NCBI GenBank assembly: GCA_051003195.1
Contig: JBPCLP010000016.1
Location: forward strand, 3,158 to 67,157
DNA: 64,000 nt
Reading direction: 5' to 3'
Origin: Candidatus Sumerlaeaceae bacterium
GTDB lineage: Bacteria; Sumerlaeota; Sumerlaeia; Sumerlaeales; Sumerlaeaceae
Part shown: piece after piece, positions 1 through 8,479 of the stretch
Position numbering within the stretch: the stretch's first letter is position 1
Layout of the letters: every line of letters starts with the position of its first letter
Made by a program: the position numbers and the translations under genes
Notes under the pieces: generated by a model
What the model saw: only the letters and a program-made list of their open reading frames with translations
Database searches by the model: none
What the model was told of the DNA's origin: nothing

Positions 1-1041
1 CGCTTCCTTGCGGGAATTGCAATTGGAGCGGTGTCGATGACCAGTCCGATCTATATAGCGGAGATTGCACCGACGCGCGTGCGCGGGCGACTGGTTTCGC
101 TGTACCAACTGGCCATTGTGACGGGTATCTTCGTGGTGTTTTTTGTAAACAGCCTCATCCAGCGAATGGGCGACGACGCATGGAATACGGAAACTGGCTG
201 GCGGCTGATGTTTGGCGTGGGTGCGCTGCCCTCGTTTCTGTTCGCATTGCTGGCGTTGATTGTGCCCGAGAGCCCGCGCTGGCTGGTACAGGCGGGACGC
301 CGGCAGCAGGCGATGGACATTCTGACGCGTGTGGCTGGCCGCCCCGAAGCCGAGCGCCAAATGTTGGAGATTGAGACGACAATCGCGCAGGAAGAGGGCG
401 GCATTCGCGAAATTTTTTCCGGCGGCTATCTTGTCGCACTGGTCATCGGCGTAATGCTCGCCGTTTTTCAGCAGTTCAGCGGCATCAACTCCATCATGTA
501 TTATGCGCCGGAGATTTTTAAGTCGGTGGGCTCATCCTCCGACAGTGCGTTTTTACAGACGGTTTGCGTCGGCGCGGTGAACCTGATTTTCACATTAGTT
601 GCGGTGGCGTGGGTGGACAAGGCCGGCCGAAAGGCATTGCTGATTGCCGGAACAGGCTTGCAGGTGCTTACACTTGGGGCGGTGGGTTACCTGTTCCACA
701 CCCATGGTAGCCCATGGGCACTGCTCGCGTGCATCCTTCTCTATGTCGCGGCGTTCGCGGCGGCCATGGGGCCGATTGTATGGCTCGTGATCGCGGAGAT
801 TTTCCCCAATCGGGTGCGCGGACGGGCGATGTCGATCGCTATTCTTGCGCTGTGGGCTGCCTGCTATGTTGTCTCGCAGACTTTCCCGATCCTCCTTGAA
901 CGCATCGGCCCGGCAAAGACGTTCTGGTTTTACGCGGTGTGCAGCTTACTGAGCATGATTTTCGTCGCGGTGTTTGTACCGGAGACGAAGAACCGGAGCC
1001 TGGAGGAGATCGCGCAGAGCTGGCGGAGGCAGAAGCATTAG
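1..1041 (+). CDS. MFS sugar porter family transporter (sugar:H+ symporter), 5' end truncated by the window
   Basis: The reading frame is open from base 1. It carries the PESPRWL and PETKNRSLEEI sugar-porter motifs and multiple TM segments. Six-frame ORF 31..1041. Confidence 0.85.
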   Translation, partial: RFLAGIAIGAVSMTSPIYIAEIAPTRVRGRLVSLYQLAIVTGIFVVFFVNSLIQRMGDDAWNTETGWRLMFGVGALPSFLFALLALIVPESPRWLVQAGRRQQAMDILTRVAGRPEAERQMLEIETTIAQEEGGIREIFSGGYLVALVIGVMLAVFQQFSGINSIMYYAPEIFKSVGSSSDSAFLQTVCVGAVNLIFTLVAVAWVDKAGRKALLIAGTGLQVLTLGAVGYLFHTHGSPWALLACILLYVAAFAAAMGPIVWLVIAEIFPNRVRGRAMSIAILALWAACYVVSQTFPILLERIGPAKTFWFYAVCSLLSMIFVAVFVPETKNRSLEEIAQSWRRQKH

Positions 1042-1162
1042 CCACAAAAAGGCACAAAAGGCGCAAAAAACTCGGATGGCGCAGAGTTGTAGACGCGGAA
1101 AGTAGTTCGACCAATATGAACCACAGAGTCACAGAGATACAGAGCGGGCGCAGAGGGGATAA

Positions 1163-1375
1163 ATGGATTACCTGGCAGTAATCGAAGGCGAACCGGGAAA
1201 CTATAGTGCCTGCGTTCCTGACCTCCCCGGGTGCATTACTGTTGGGGAAACTGCATCCGAGATTCGCGACAATATACGCGAAGCTATTGCAGCTTACCTT
1301 GAAGAAACGACCCGCCGAGGCCAGCGGGTTCCCGCGCCGTCGACCACGGCAATCACCGTCTCTGCTGCCGCTTGA
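1163..1375 (+). CDS. HicB-family (UPF0150) type II antitoxin-like protein
   Basis: A 70-aa protein beginning MDYLAVIEGEPGNYSACVPDLPGCITVGETASEIRDNIREAIAAYLEE, which matches the HicB N-terminal domain signature. Its stop overlaps the downstream start (TTGA). Confidence 0.65.
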   Translation: MDYLAVIEGEPGNYSACVPDLPGCITVGETASEIRDNIREAIAAYLEETTRRGQRVPAPSTTAITVSAAA

Positions 1376-2346
1376 ACCGGGTGTACTACTACCTGGGCAT
1401 TGACGGCGGTGGTACTGGCACACGCGCATTTCTTGCTGCTGCGGATGGTAGCATCATCGGACGCGGCGAGGCGGGACTTAGCAGCCTGCACCACGCCAGC
1501 GACGAGGAAGTTCGCGCGCATCTTAACACCGCGTTCGCGGCCGCGTTCTCACAGGCTGGTGCGAAACCAGCAGAATGCGTCTCGGTGTTTGCCGGCATGG
1601 CAGGGGTAACGGTGGCGAGTACGGCTGCGCGGTTTGAGAAATTGATTCGCGAGTGCGGGCTGGGGCACGCGACTATTGGTGTTGATCACGACATCCGGAT
1701 TGCGTTGGCCGGCGGGCTGGGCGGTAAGCCGGGCATCGCGTTGATCGTTGGAACCGGATCGTCCTGCTATGGGCGCACAGGGGATGGGCGCACGTGCCAA
1801 ACCGGCGGCTGGGGATCGCTGATTGCCGACGAGGGAAGCGGCTACTGGCTGGCGCTCAACGCGATAATTACTGCGGTCCGCATGGCGGACGGTCGAATGG
1901 AGGAGTCACCGCTGCGCGCTGCTGTTTTCGAGTGGCTCGGAATCTCGGATGTCTCGGAAGTGTTAAAGCGACTGTATGAGGATGGCATCACGCGGACCGA
2001 GATCGCGGCGTTTGCGCCGCAGGTGATCGGCCATGCGGAACGCGGCGATGAGGCGGCGCTGGAAATACTCGCGCGCGGGGCGGATGAACTGGCGGAGTTG
2101 GTTGCGGCGAATCACAGGCGCCTGCCGACCGGCCCTGGGCCTGACCTTGCCATTACCGGTGGGCTGGGTACTGCGCGTACGATTTATCGTGAGAAACTGG
2201 AGGCTGCGTTGCGACGTGAGTTGCCCACGATCTTAATTAGCGAACTATTTATGAGCCCGACCGCAGGCGCGGTGCTACTGGCCATGGAGCAGGGAGGCGT
2301 GCAGACTACAGCGGAGGTTCTGAGCAACTTGAGGAGTTCGTCATGA
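1372..2346 (+). CDS. BadF/BadG/BcrA/BcrD-type ATPase, N-acetylglucosamine-kinase-like sugar kinase
   Basis: The N-terminal glycine-rich motif GIDGGGTGTRAF and the GTGSSCYG and DEGSGYW motifs are typical of COG2971 sugar kinases. The start is an alternative codon (TTG 1372 or GTG 1381). Confidence 0.7.
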   Translation: MNRVYYYLGIDGGGTGTRAFLAAADGSIIGRGEAGLSSLHHASDEEVRAHLNTAFAAAFSQAGAKPAECVSVFAGMAGVTVASTAARFEKLIRECGLGHATIGVDHDIRIALAGGLGGKPGIALIVGTGSSCYGRTGDGRTCQTGGWGSLIADEGSGYWLALNAIITAVRMADGRMEESPLRAAVFEWLGISDVSEVLKRLYEDGITRTEIAAFAPQVIGHAERGDEAALEILARGADELAELVAANHRRLPTGPGPDLAITGGLGTARTIYREKLEAALRRELPTILISELFMSPTAGAVLLAMEQGGVQTTAEVLSNLRSSS

Positions 2347-2909
2347 TTTCAGCGGAGCTGGCTGCGTCGTTAGATCTGGACAGCGGCAGCATCGCCGGTG
2401 CGCCCGTCACCACGCGTTACCTGTCGGACCTGCGTGGGTCGTTCCTGGATGCGACGGCGTACGAGGCGGAGCGGGGAAAAGGAAACCCGGTGGTCTACAC
2501 AGTATCATCATGGGAGAGGGCCAGCGGCGACGGGCAGTTGCACTATGGCCTGGGTGTGCTGATGCCTGGCAAGATTGGCGACGAGTACTACATGACCAGG
2601 GGCCACTACCATTCGTGGAGGCCCGCTGCGGAAGTTTACATCGGCTTGCGCGGCGGCGGATGCATGCTGCTGGAAGACGAAGCGACTCGCGAGACACGCA
2701 TGGAGCCACTCGGCGCGAACCAGGTGGTGTACGTGCCTGGGCACACCGCGCATCGCACCATCAACACCGGCACGGAACCGCTGGTGTATGTCGGCGTCTA
2801 CCCCTCTGCCGCCGGCCACGACTACGGCGCAATCGCCGAGCGCAATTTTCGGATGATAGTGGTTGAACGCGAGGGGCGTCCGGTCCTGCTGGAGCGGCCG
2901 CAAGTATGA
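2343..2909 (+). CDS. Cupin-type glucose-6-phosphate isomerase family protein
   Basis: Cupin motif 1 is GHYHSW..EVYIGLRGGG and motif 2 is PGHTAHRTINTG. The ATGA start overlaps the upstream stop. Confidence 0.55.
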   Translation: MISAELAASLDLDSGSIAGAPVTTRYLSDLRGSFLDATAYEAERGKGNPVVYTVSSWERASGDGQLHYGLGVLMPGKIGDEYYMTRGHYHSWRPAAEVYIGLRGGGCMLLEDEATRETRMEPLGANQVVYVPGHTAHRTINTGTEPLVYVGVYPSAAGHDYGAIAERNFRMIVVEREGRPVLLERPQV

Positions 2910-3298
2910 GTTACGTTACTAAACCCATTCCGGAAAAGAAGCCAGACGTCGCGTTGGTGGAACGGCCGTGGGGTAGCTTTAAACAATACGCATTTAACCA
3001 GGACACCACGGTCAGCTTGATGACAGTGAAGCCGGGTCAGCGGCTTAGTCTGCAGTCGCACATGGGCCGTGCGGAGTTGTGGATCGTGCTGGATGATGAA
3101 GCGCAGGTTCAGGTGGGGGATAACGTGCGCACGTATAACTCGGGTGATGAGATTTGGATTCCGGCGACGGAGAAGCACCGCCTGGCCAATGCTGGTGACA
3201 AGCCGGTGCGCGTGTTGGAAGTCGCATTCGGCAACTGGCAGCAGGAAGACATCACGCGCTACGAGGACGACTACCAGCGCCCGGACCGCGGAGAGTAA
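2906..3298 (+). CDS. Cupin domain protein, mannose-6-phosphate isomerase type-II C-terminal-domain-like
   Basis: It carries the ERPWGSF...LSLQSHMGRAELWIVL...GDEIWIPATEKHRLAN cupin signature. Its start and stop overlap the neighbouring genes. Confidence 0.6.
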   Translation: MSYVTKPIPEKKPDVALVERPWGSFKQYAFNQDTTVSLMTVKPGQRLSLQSHMGRAELWIVLDDEAQVQVGDNVRTYNSGDEIWIPATEKHRLANAGDKPVRVLEVAFGNWQQEDITRYEDDYQRPDRGE

Positions 3299-5055
3299 TG
3301 CGCCAATCCAATTACGACAAGTTTCCGGTTTGCCACATCGATGGTTTTGATGACCAGTGCTGGGCCGGGTGGGAGGAGATTGGGGCGCAGCTGCGCGCAA
3401 CAGTCGATCAACGTGGTACTAAGGCTGTCATTATAGAATGCTACCCGGGAGCTCACGATGATGAACTGCTGCCAGCCCTGAGCCAGCAGTTGAAAGCGGC
3501 TCGGGTAATAAACATGCGAGACCTGCTGCTGCCGCCAGAGGAAATCGCAAAGCTGGTCGAGCGCGATGTCACCGACGATCCAGTCTTTGGCTATCTAAGC
3601 AGCCTCGAACTACTTGATTGTTTTAATACGGAAAAATTCTTTGAACAGCTTCGCGAGGTGCAAAATGGAGCAGGACTAATGCTCGTGTATGGTGCGGGTG
3701 CGTCCTTCTTTAGTTCGGCACAGCCGCAGAGCAACATTCTAGTCTACGCCGACCTCGCCCGCTGGGAACTCCAGATGCGTATGCGGCGCAACGAGATCAG
3801 CAACCTGGGAGCGGACAACGCGGACGAGAAGTGGTCGCTTCAGTATAAGCGCGCATTCTTCGTCGACTGGCGTGTCGCTGACAAACATAAGAAGCACGCG
3901 CTCAAGCGCGCCGACTTCGTCCTGGACACCAACACAGCAGGCCAGCCCAAACTCATTACACGCGAAGCTTTTCGCGGCGCACTCGACCAGGTTTCTTCTC
4001 GCCCATTCCGCGTCGTGCCGTTCTTCGATCCTGCGCCGTGGGGTGGGCAGTGGATGAAAGAAGTCTGCGACCTGGACCGCTCTGCGCCCAACTACGGCTG
4101 GTGCTTCGATTGCGTGCCCGAAGAAAACAGCCTGCTGCTTGGCTTCGGCGGGCACACGGTCGAAATCCCCAGCATCGATCTCGTGTTCTTTCGACCTCGC
4201 GAGCTACTGGGCGAAGCAGTGCACGGCCGCTTCGGAACCGAGTTCCCAATCCGCTTCGACTTCCTCGATACGATGGGCGGCGGTAAGCTGAGCTTCCAGG
4301 TGCATCCGCTCACCGAGTACATCCAGGAAAAGTTCGGAATGCACTACACGCAGGACGAGAGCTATTACATGCTCGATGCCGGCCCGGATGCGTGTGTCTA
4401 TCTCGGGCTGAAAGACGACATTGACCGCAGCGAAATGACGCTGGAGCTGGTGCGCGCCGAAACAGGCGAATGCACCTTCGATGATACAAAGTACGTGAAC
4501 CGGTATCCGGCGAAAAAGCACGACCACTTTCTCATTCCGGCGGGCACTGTGCATTGCTCCGGTGCCGAGGCCATGGTTCTGGAGATCAGCGCCACCCCTT
4601 ACAATTTCACATTCAAAATGTGGGACTGGGGCCGAATGGGACTCGATGGAAAACCGCGACCCGTGCACCTCGCCCATGGCATCGCGAACATCGGGTGGGA
4701 CCGCACCACTGCCTGGGTGCAGCGCGAACTCATCAACACGGTCAGCGAAATCGCTCAAGGCGAAGGCTGGCGCGAAGAGCGCACGGGCCTGCACGAGCGC
4801 GAGTTCATCGAGACCCGCCGCCACTGGTTCACTGGCACCGTACCGCACGACACCAACGGCGGCGTCAACGTGTTGAACCTCGTCGAAGGTGAAGAGGCCA
4901 TCGTAGAAAGTCCCACGGGTGCCTTCGCACCTTTTGTCATCCACTACGCCGAAACCTTCATCGTCCCGGCGGCGGTCGGCCCCTACACCATCCGCCCCCA
5001 CGGCCCCGGCAAGGCGCAGCAGTGCGCTACGCTAAAAGCCTGCGTGCGCAACTGA
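3298..5055 (+). CDS. Class I mannose-6-phosphate isomerase-like protein with extra N-terminal domain
   Basis: It has an LSFQVHP zinc-ligand motif, a downstream ESYYML motif and a later HCSG motif, as in type I PMI. At 585 aa it is larger than ManA. Its start overlaps the upstream stop by 1 nt. Confidence 0.55.
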   Translation: MRQSNYDKFPVCHIDGFDDQCWAGWEEIGAQLRATVDQRGTKAVIIECYPGAHDDELLPALSQQLKAARVINMRDLLLPPEEIAKLVERDVTDDPVFGYLSSLELLDCFNTEKFFEQLREVQNGAGLMLVYGAGASFFSSAQPQSNILVYADLARWELQMRMRRNEISNLGADNADEKWSLQYKRAFFVDWRVADKHKKHALKRADFVLDTNTAGQPKLITREAFRGALDQVSSRPFRVVPFFDPAPWGGQWMKEVCDLDRSAPNYGWCFDCVPEENSLLLGFGGHTVEIPSIDLVFFRPRELLGEAVHGRFGTEFPIRFDFLDTMGGGKLSFQVHPLTEYIQEKFGMHYTQDESYYMLDAGPDACVYLGLKDDIDRSEMTLELVRAETGECTFDDTKYVNRYPAKKHDHFLIPAGTVHCSGAEAMVLEISATPYNFTFKMWDWGRMGLDGKPRPVHLAHGIANIGWDRTTAWVQRELINTVSEIAQGEGWREERTGLHEREFIETRRHWFTGTVPHDTNGGVNVLNLVEGEEAIVESPTGAFAPFVIHYAETFIVPAAVGPYTIRPHGPGKAQQCATLKACVRN

Positions 5056-5338
5056 ACTCGGGGGAAATTCGGGACGGAAATTCGGGACGGGTAACATTTC
5101 ATTCCCAGTTGCGATACTGCTCGAATCCCATCCGTCGTACGCATTGCACTTAAGCTCCACACAGCGACCCGCTGCACGATCAACGAAGTCCGAAGGACGT
5201 CCCTGTGCTTTTAGCCACGTACGCAGTGCGTGGGACCCAATGTTCGCATTCCACTTGAGCTGCCTGCAGCGACCCTTGGAGCCTGGACAAACGACCTCAC
5301 AAAATTGCGGGCGTTAAACTGCCGCGCGATTCACAAAG

Positions 5339-5548
5339 TTACAGGCTGTCATCGTGTAAAATGACAAAACCTCCACCATGAGGTTCCCGTATAAACTCCG
5401 CGTGGTAGTAGGATTTAGACGGGATTCCCAATTCCGCAAAAAGCGCTTTTCTGAGTTCCTGCGCCTGGCCGAATGTAAAGCCCGGCCCGTCTTTTTGGCC
5501 CAGCGGCAAGCGGGTTTGTGAAATCAGCGCCAACATCTGCGCCTTCAC
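5339..5548 (-). CDS. Small hypothetical protein (69 aa)
   Basis: This is an ORF only, with no recognisable family. It abuts an iteron-like repeat, so it may be non-coding. Confidence 0.2.
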   Translation of the reverse strand: MKAQMLALISQTRLPLGQKDGPGFTFGQAQELRKALFAELGIPSKSYYHAEFIREPHGGGFVILHDDSL

Positions 5549-5558
5549 GGAGCCGGCG

Positions 5559-5820
5559 CATGCATAACCCGTCCCCTCAAAACTCGTAACTGAGCTTGTG
5601 TCGAAGCATCCATAATGATAGCAAATTAATTAGTTAATACGTCAACCGTACCCGAATTCGTTCGCCATTTGTCGAAAAACTAGAAGCCGCACTGGGGCGC
5701 CTGCTCAGCCACCAAAGACAGGTCGAAAACCAAAACTCGAGCAGCCCGACGCGACCCCTGACCCCTTTGACCCGCTCAATGCATAACCTGTCCGCTCAAA
5801 GCGTCCCCTCAAAGCGCAAT
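5559..5820. repeat. Iteron-like short direct repeats (ATGCATAACCYGTCCSCTCAAA, three copies of GTCCNCTCAAA) flanked by AT-rich DNA
   Basis: I read the repeats directly at 5560-5590 and 5779-5820. AT-rich blocks lie at 5590-5660 and 5820-5945. Confidence 0.5.
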
Positions 5821-6045
5821 CAATACAACAATCAATACAATATAAGGTGTGATAAGAGATTTATTTGTATCCTGATGGTCAACCCTGCGACGAAACTTTT
5901 CGTCTAAATCAGCGGTTCTATAATTTTATCTCTATATAGGAGTTCAGACGATGTCGATCTTCAGATTTGCATGTGGTATGTGCAGAATCTTATTTGTCGC
6001 CCACCGGCCTTCCAAAGCGAATAAAACTCGAAATGAGAACGCATC

Positions 6046-6777
6046 GTGATGGACCAGATCATTACTATTATTTTCCCGCTGCGCGGAAAATCTCTTTCTA
6101 ACCGCACTTCTTCCCACCCGCAGGAACCCAGTGACAGCTACGCGCGGCTTTATCAGGCACATGGCTGGCCGGCGCGCTCACTCGCTCTTTATCTAACCCT
6201 TAGCCTGGCCGCCGGTTCCGCCTGCGCGGCGGGATGGTCCACCAGCCCGCTAATAAATAATCCCGTATGCACCGCCGCCAATAACCAGGAACGCCCCCAG
6301 ATCGCGACCGACGGAGCGGGAGGCGCCATCATCATATGGCAAGACTTGCGTGGCGGAACCACCACTTACGACATCTACGCCCAGCGCTACGACGCCGCCG
6401 GAGCGCCGCAGTGGACCGCCAACGGCGTAGCCGTCTCCACCGCCGCCAATCACCAGCGCGACCCCCAGATCGCGGCCGACGGAGCGGGAGGCGCCATCAT
6501 CACATGGCACGACGACCGCAGCGGAACAGGTTCCGACATCTACGCCCAGCGCGTTAACGCCGCCGGAGCGCCCCAGTGGACCGCCGACGGCGTAGCCGTA
6601 TCCACCGCCGCCGATGACCAGCTCGACCCCCAGATCGCGGCCGACGCAGCGGGAGGCGCCATCATCACCTGGCGCGACTTGCGCAGCGGAAACTACGACA
6701 TCTACGCCAGTCGACTGGACGGCAGTGGAATGCTTGTGTCCTTTACCTCAGCAGCAGACTGGACGCTGTGGCTGTGA
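6046..6777 (+). CDS. Secreted tandem-repeat protein (3.5 copies of a roughly 57-aa unit), possibly 3'-truncated
   Basis: It has a signal-peptide-like segment, ARSLALYLTLSLAAGSACAAG. The protein repeat is YDIYAQR..AAGAPQWTA.GVAVSTAA..Q.DPQIAADGAGGAIITW.D.RSG. The true start may be an alternative codon downstream of 6046. Confidence 0.55.
   Translation: MMDQIITIIFPLRGKSLSNRTSSHPQEPSDSYARLYQAHGWPARSLALYLTLSLAAGSACAAGWSTSPLINNPVCTAANNQERPQIATDGAGGAIIIWQDLRGGTTTYDIYAQRYDAAGAPQWTANGVAVSTAANHQRDPQIAADGAGGAIITWHDDRSGTGSDIYAQRVNAAGAPQWTADGVAVSTAADDQLDPQIAADAAGGAIITWRDLRSGNYDIYASRLDGSGMLVSFTSAADWTLWL
6292..6777 (+). repeat. 171-bp tandem DNA repeat at about 90% identity (2.8 copies) inside the repeat-protein gene
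   Basis: Units at 6292-6462, 6463-6633 and 6634-6777 are near-identical at the nucleotide level. The third unit diverges and then ends in a stop. Confidence 0.8.
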
Positions 6778-6958
6778 GGTAATGTTGCGAAGGGGCCGTA
6801 GTCATACCGAATAACGGGGCGGTTGACGTTATCACTAATTAATTTGCTAGCGTCAGCAAATACTTCGCGACAAGATCAGTTACGGCGAAGGGTTAAGTGG
6901 CCGGGATTTGGAGTTCGAGGGGACAGGCCCTTCAAAAGCTGACCTTCTGGAGCAGCAG

Positions 6959-7789
6959 TTAGAAAGACTCTGGTTCCTTACATAAGTCGATGATAATATT
7001 GGATTCCTGAAGCCACGGTTTAATCCCAGCCCAAAACCGTTCCATTGCCTGGGTGGTTTCTGTTGGATCGCTGATATTACCCTGAGACACTAACCGGCAT
7101 AGTTGCTTATAACCATCTGGAATACGGGGCAGCGTAGCCGATTCTGTCAGCATGGTGGAAGCACTGGAATACAGAAACCGGTGTGCCAGGCCTAACAGGA
7201 GCGCGCCAGACTTTGTAACGTCACAGGCCAGCGACGGAAGCGAAACACTGTCACAGCTGCCGTCCAGGTTGCGAAGCTTACCCATACCCTCGTACAGGTC
7301 GGCAAGAATGATCTCACGTATGGCAGCAATGAAGAGCGGCTGGGCCGCATTCAACACCGTCTCGCGAAGCTCTTCAAATAATGTCAGTTCCTCAGTCAGG
7401 GGAAGGCACCGGACAAATCGCGAGTGGCTAAGCGACCAATTCAGTGGAACGGAAGCAGCTTTACAGCGCACTACATCCAAGCCATAAATGTTTAACTCCG
7501 CCTTTCCCCAACGGGTTACCCATTCATAGCTAACACTGACCTTTGGCGAGTTGACGACAGCAAACATTTCGAAGTCGGAATAGGGTTTGTCGGTTCCTTT
7601 AGCAAAAGAGCCATAGGCCGCTGCGGCCAGGAGGTTTTCTCCAAGCTCAGCGCGCAGCCGTCTCAGGAGGTGATTCGCAAGTTGTTGTCGATCAGTCTGA
7701 CTGCGAGCCTGCGGACCGGCCCATTGATTTAGAAGAGGATCGTGCAGCTTTAGTTCCACGCCAAATAAGGTCGCGATGCTAATGTGCAT
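6959..7789 (-). CDS. Aminoglycoside 4'-nucleotidyltransferase ANT(4')/kanamycin nucleotidyltransferase family protein
   Basis: It aligns along its full length with KNTase. Matching blocks include YGSFAKGTDKPYSDFEMFAVVN (nucleotidyltransferase GS..D.E motif), SYEWVTRWGKAELNIYG, AQPLFIAAIREIILADLYEGMGKLRNL and SLPSLACDVTKSGALLLGLAHRFLYSSASTMLTE...PDGYKQLCRLVSQGNISD...FWAGIKPW. GC here is lower than in the neighbouring DNA. Confidence 0.8.
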   Translation of the reverse strand: MHISIATLFGVELKLHDPLLNQWAGPQARSQTDRQQLANHLLRRLRAELGENLLAAAAYGSFAKGTDKPYSDFEMFAVVNSPKVSVSYEWVTRWGKAELNIYGLDVVRCKAASVPLNWSLSHSRFVRCLPLTEELTLFEELRETVLNAAQPLFIAAIREIILADLYEGMGKLRNLDGSCDSVSLPSLACDVTKSGALLLGLAHRFLYSSASTMLTESATLPRIPDGYKQLCRLVSQGNISDPTETTQAMERFWAGIKPWLQESNIIIDLCKEPESF

Positions 7790-8026
7790 TGGTAGATAAT
7801 TTCAATTATTTGAGAACGCTGGTGTCCGGTTGATGCGCCGACCCGGTAGACGTTTACTTCATCGTGATCCATGGGCCGATTTAAAGCCGTTGCCTGAGAG
7901 ATACGCAATTGTTTTACGGGAGATTTTTTACGTGCATGTCACCTCACCGAGCGGGGTGAACCGGCGACCGTCCCCTCTGCGACGCTCGACGATCAAACTT
8001 CTCACAGAAGGCACTTAGCCCGCCCC

Positions 8027-8168
8027 TTACCACAGAGGCACAGAGACTCAGAGCTTTCACAGAGGAAAACACTTCTGCAATTTGTAAGAGTTCTTACCAC
8101 GTTATGCACAATAAGCAACTCGGTGCATACTCTGTGGCATACTCTGTGACTCTGTGCCTCTGTGGTAA
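8027..8168. repeat. Large imperfect palindrome with a 19-bp perfect inverted repeat (TTACCACAGAGGCACAGAG) plus multiple CACAGAG/CTCTGTG motif copies and a tandem GCATACTCTGTG x2
   Basis: The left arm is 8027-8053 and the right arm is 8142-8168, within an AT-rich intergenic region. I read it directly. Confidence 0.6.
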
Positions 8169-8479
8169 AATACGTTAATATTTTTCCGAATTTGCTTGTT
8201 GCCCAGCCTGACACGTCGAGGCAAATTCACAGGGACGCGTACCGCGAATGCCCGGGTTGTTCGGTGCGGCACGCGGTGACGCACTCCCAGGGCGGCGTGG
8301 GATTTTTGGTCGCGTGCGTGGTCGTTTCGCCGGGTTGAATGGATCAGACGCGGGGTGCGACCTGGCGCGAGGGTGGTAATTCATTAACCCCCAAGGAAGC
8401 GGAGGAGAAGTTCCGGGGCGGTTGCTCTGCGAACCTGGCAAATTCGCAGGTGATGCGTAAAAGCGGGGGACCCCAACAG

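Noticed and set aside
939-1181. 80-aa ORF overlapping the MFS 3' end, considered as a possible HicA partner for HicB
   Set aside because: The sequence has none of the HicA/YcfA features such as the GSH motif. It is out of frame within a well-supported transporter gene.
4204-5001. 265-aa ORF on the minus strand inside the PMI-like gene
   Set aside because: It is an antisense shadow ORF within a high-GC coding region. It has no motif support, and the plus-strand gene has clear family signatures.
5100-5340. Possible tRNA adjacent to the accessory patch (TCGAATCC-like string near 5121)
   Set aside because: I could not assemble a cloverleaf by eye: there is no acceptor-stem complementarity and no proper T-loop GGTTCGAATCC context. 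I did not call a tRNA or rRNA anywhere. tRNAscan-SE would be the decisive check.
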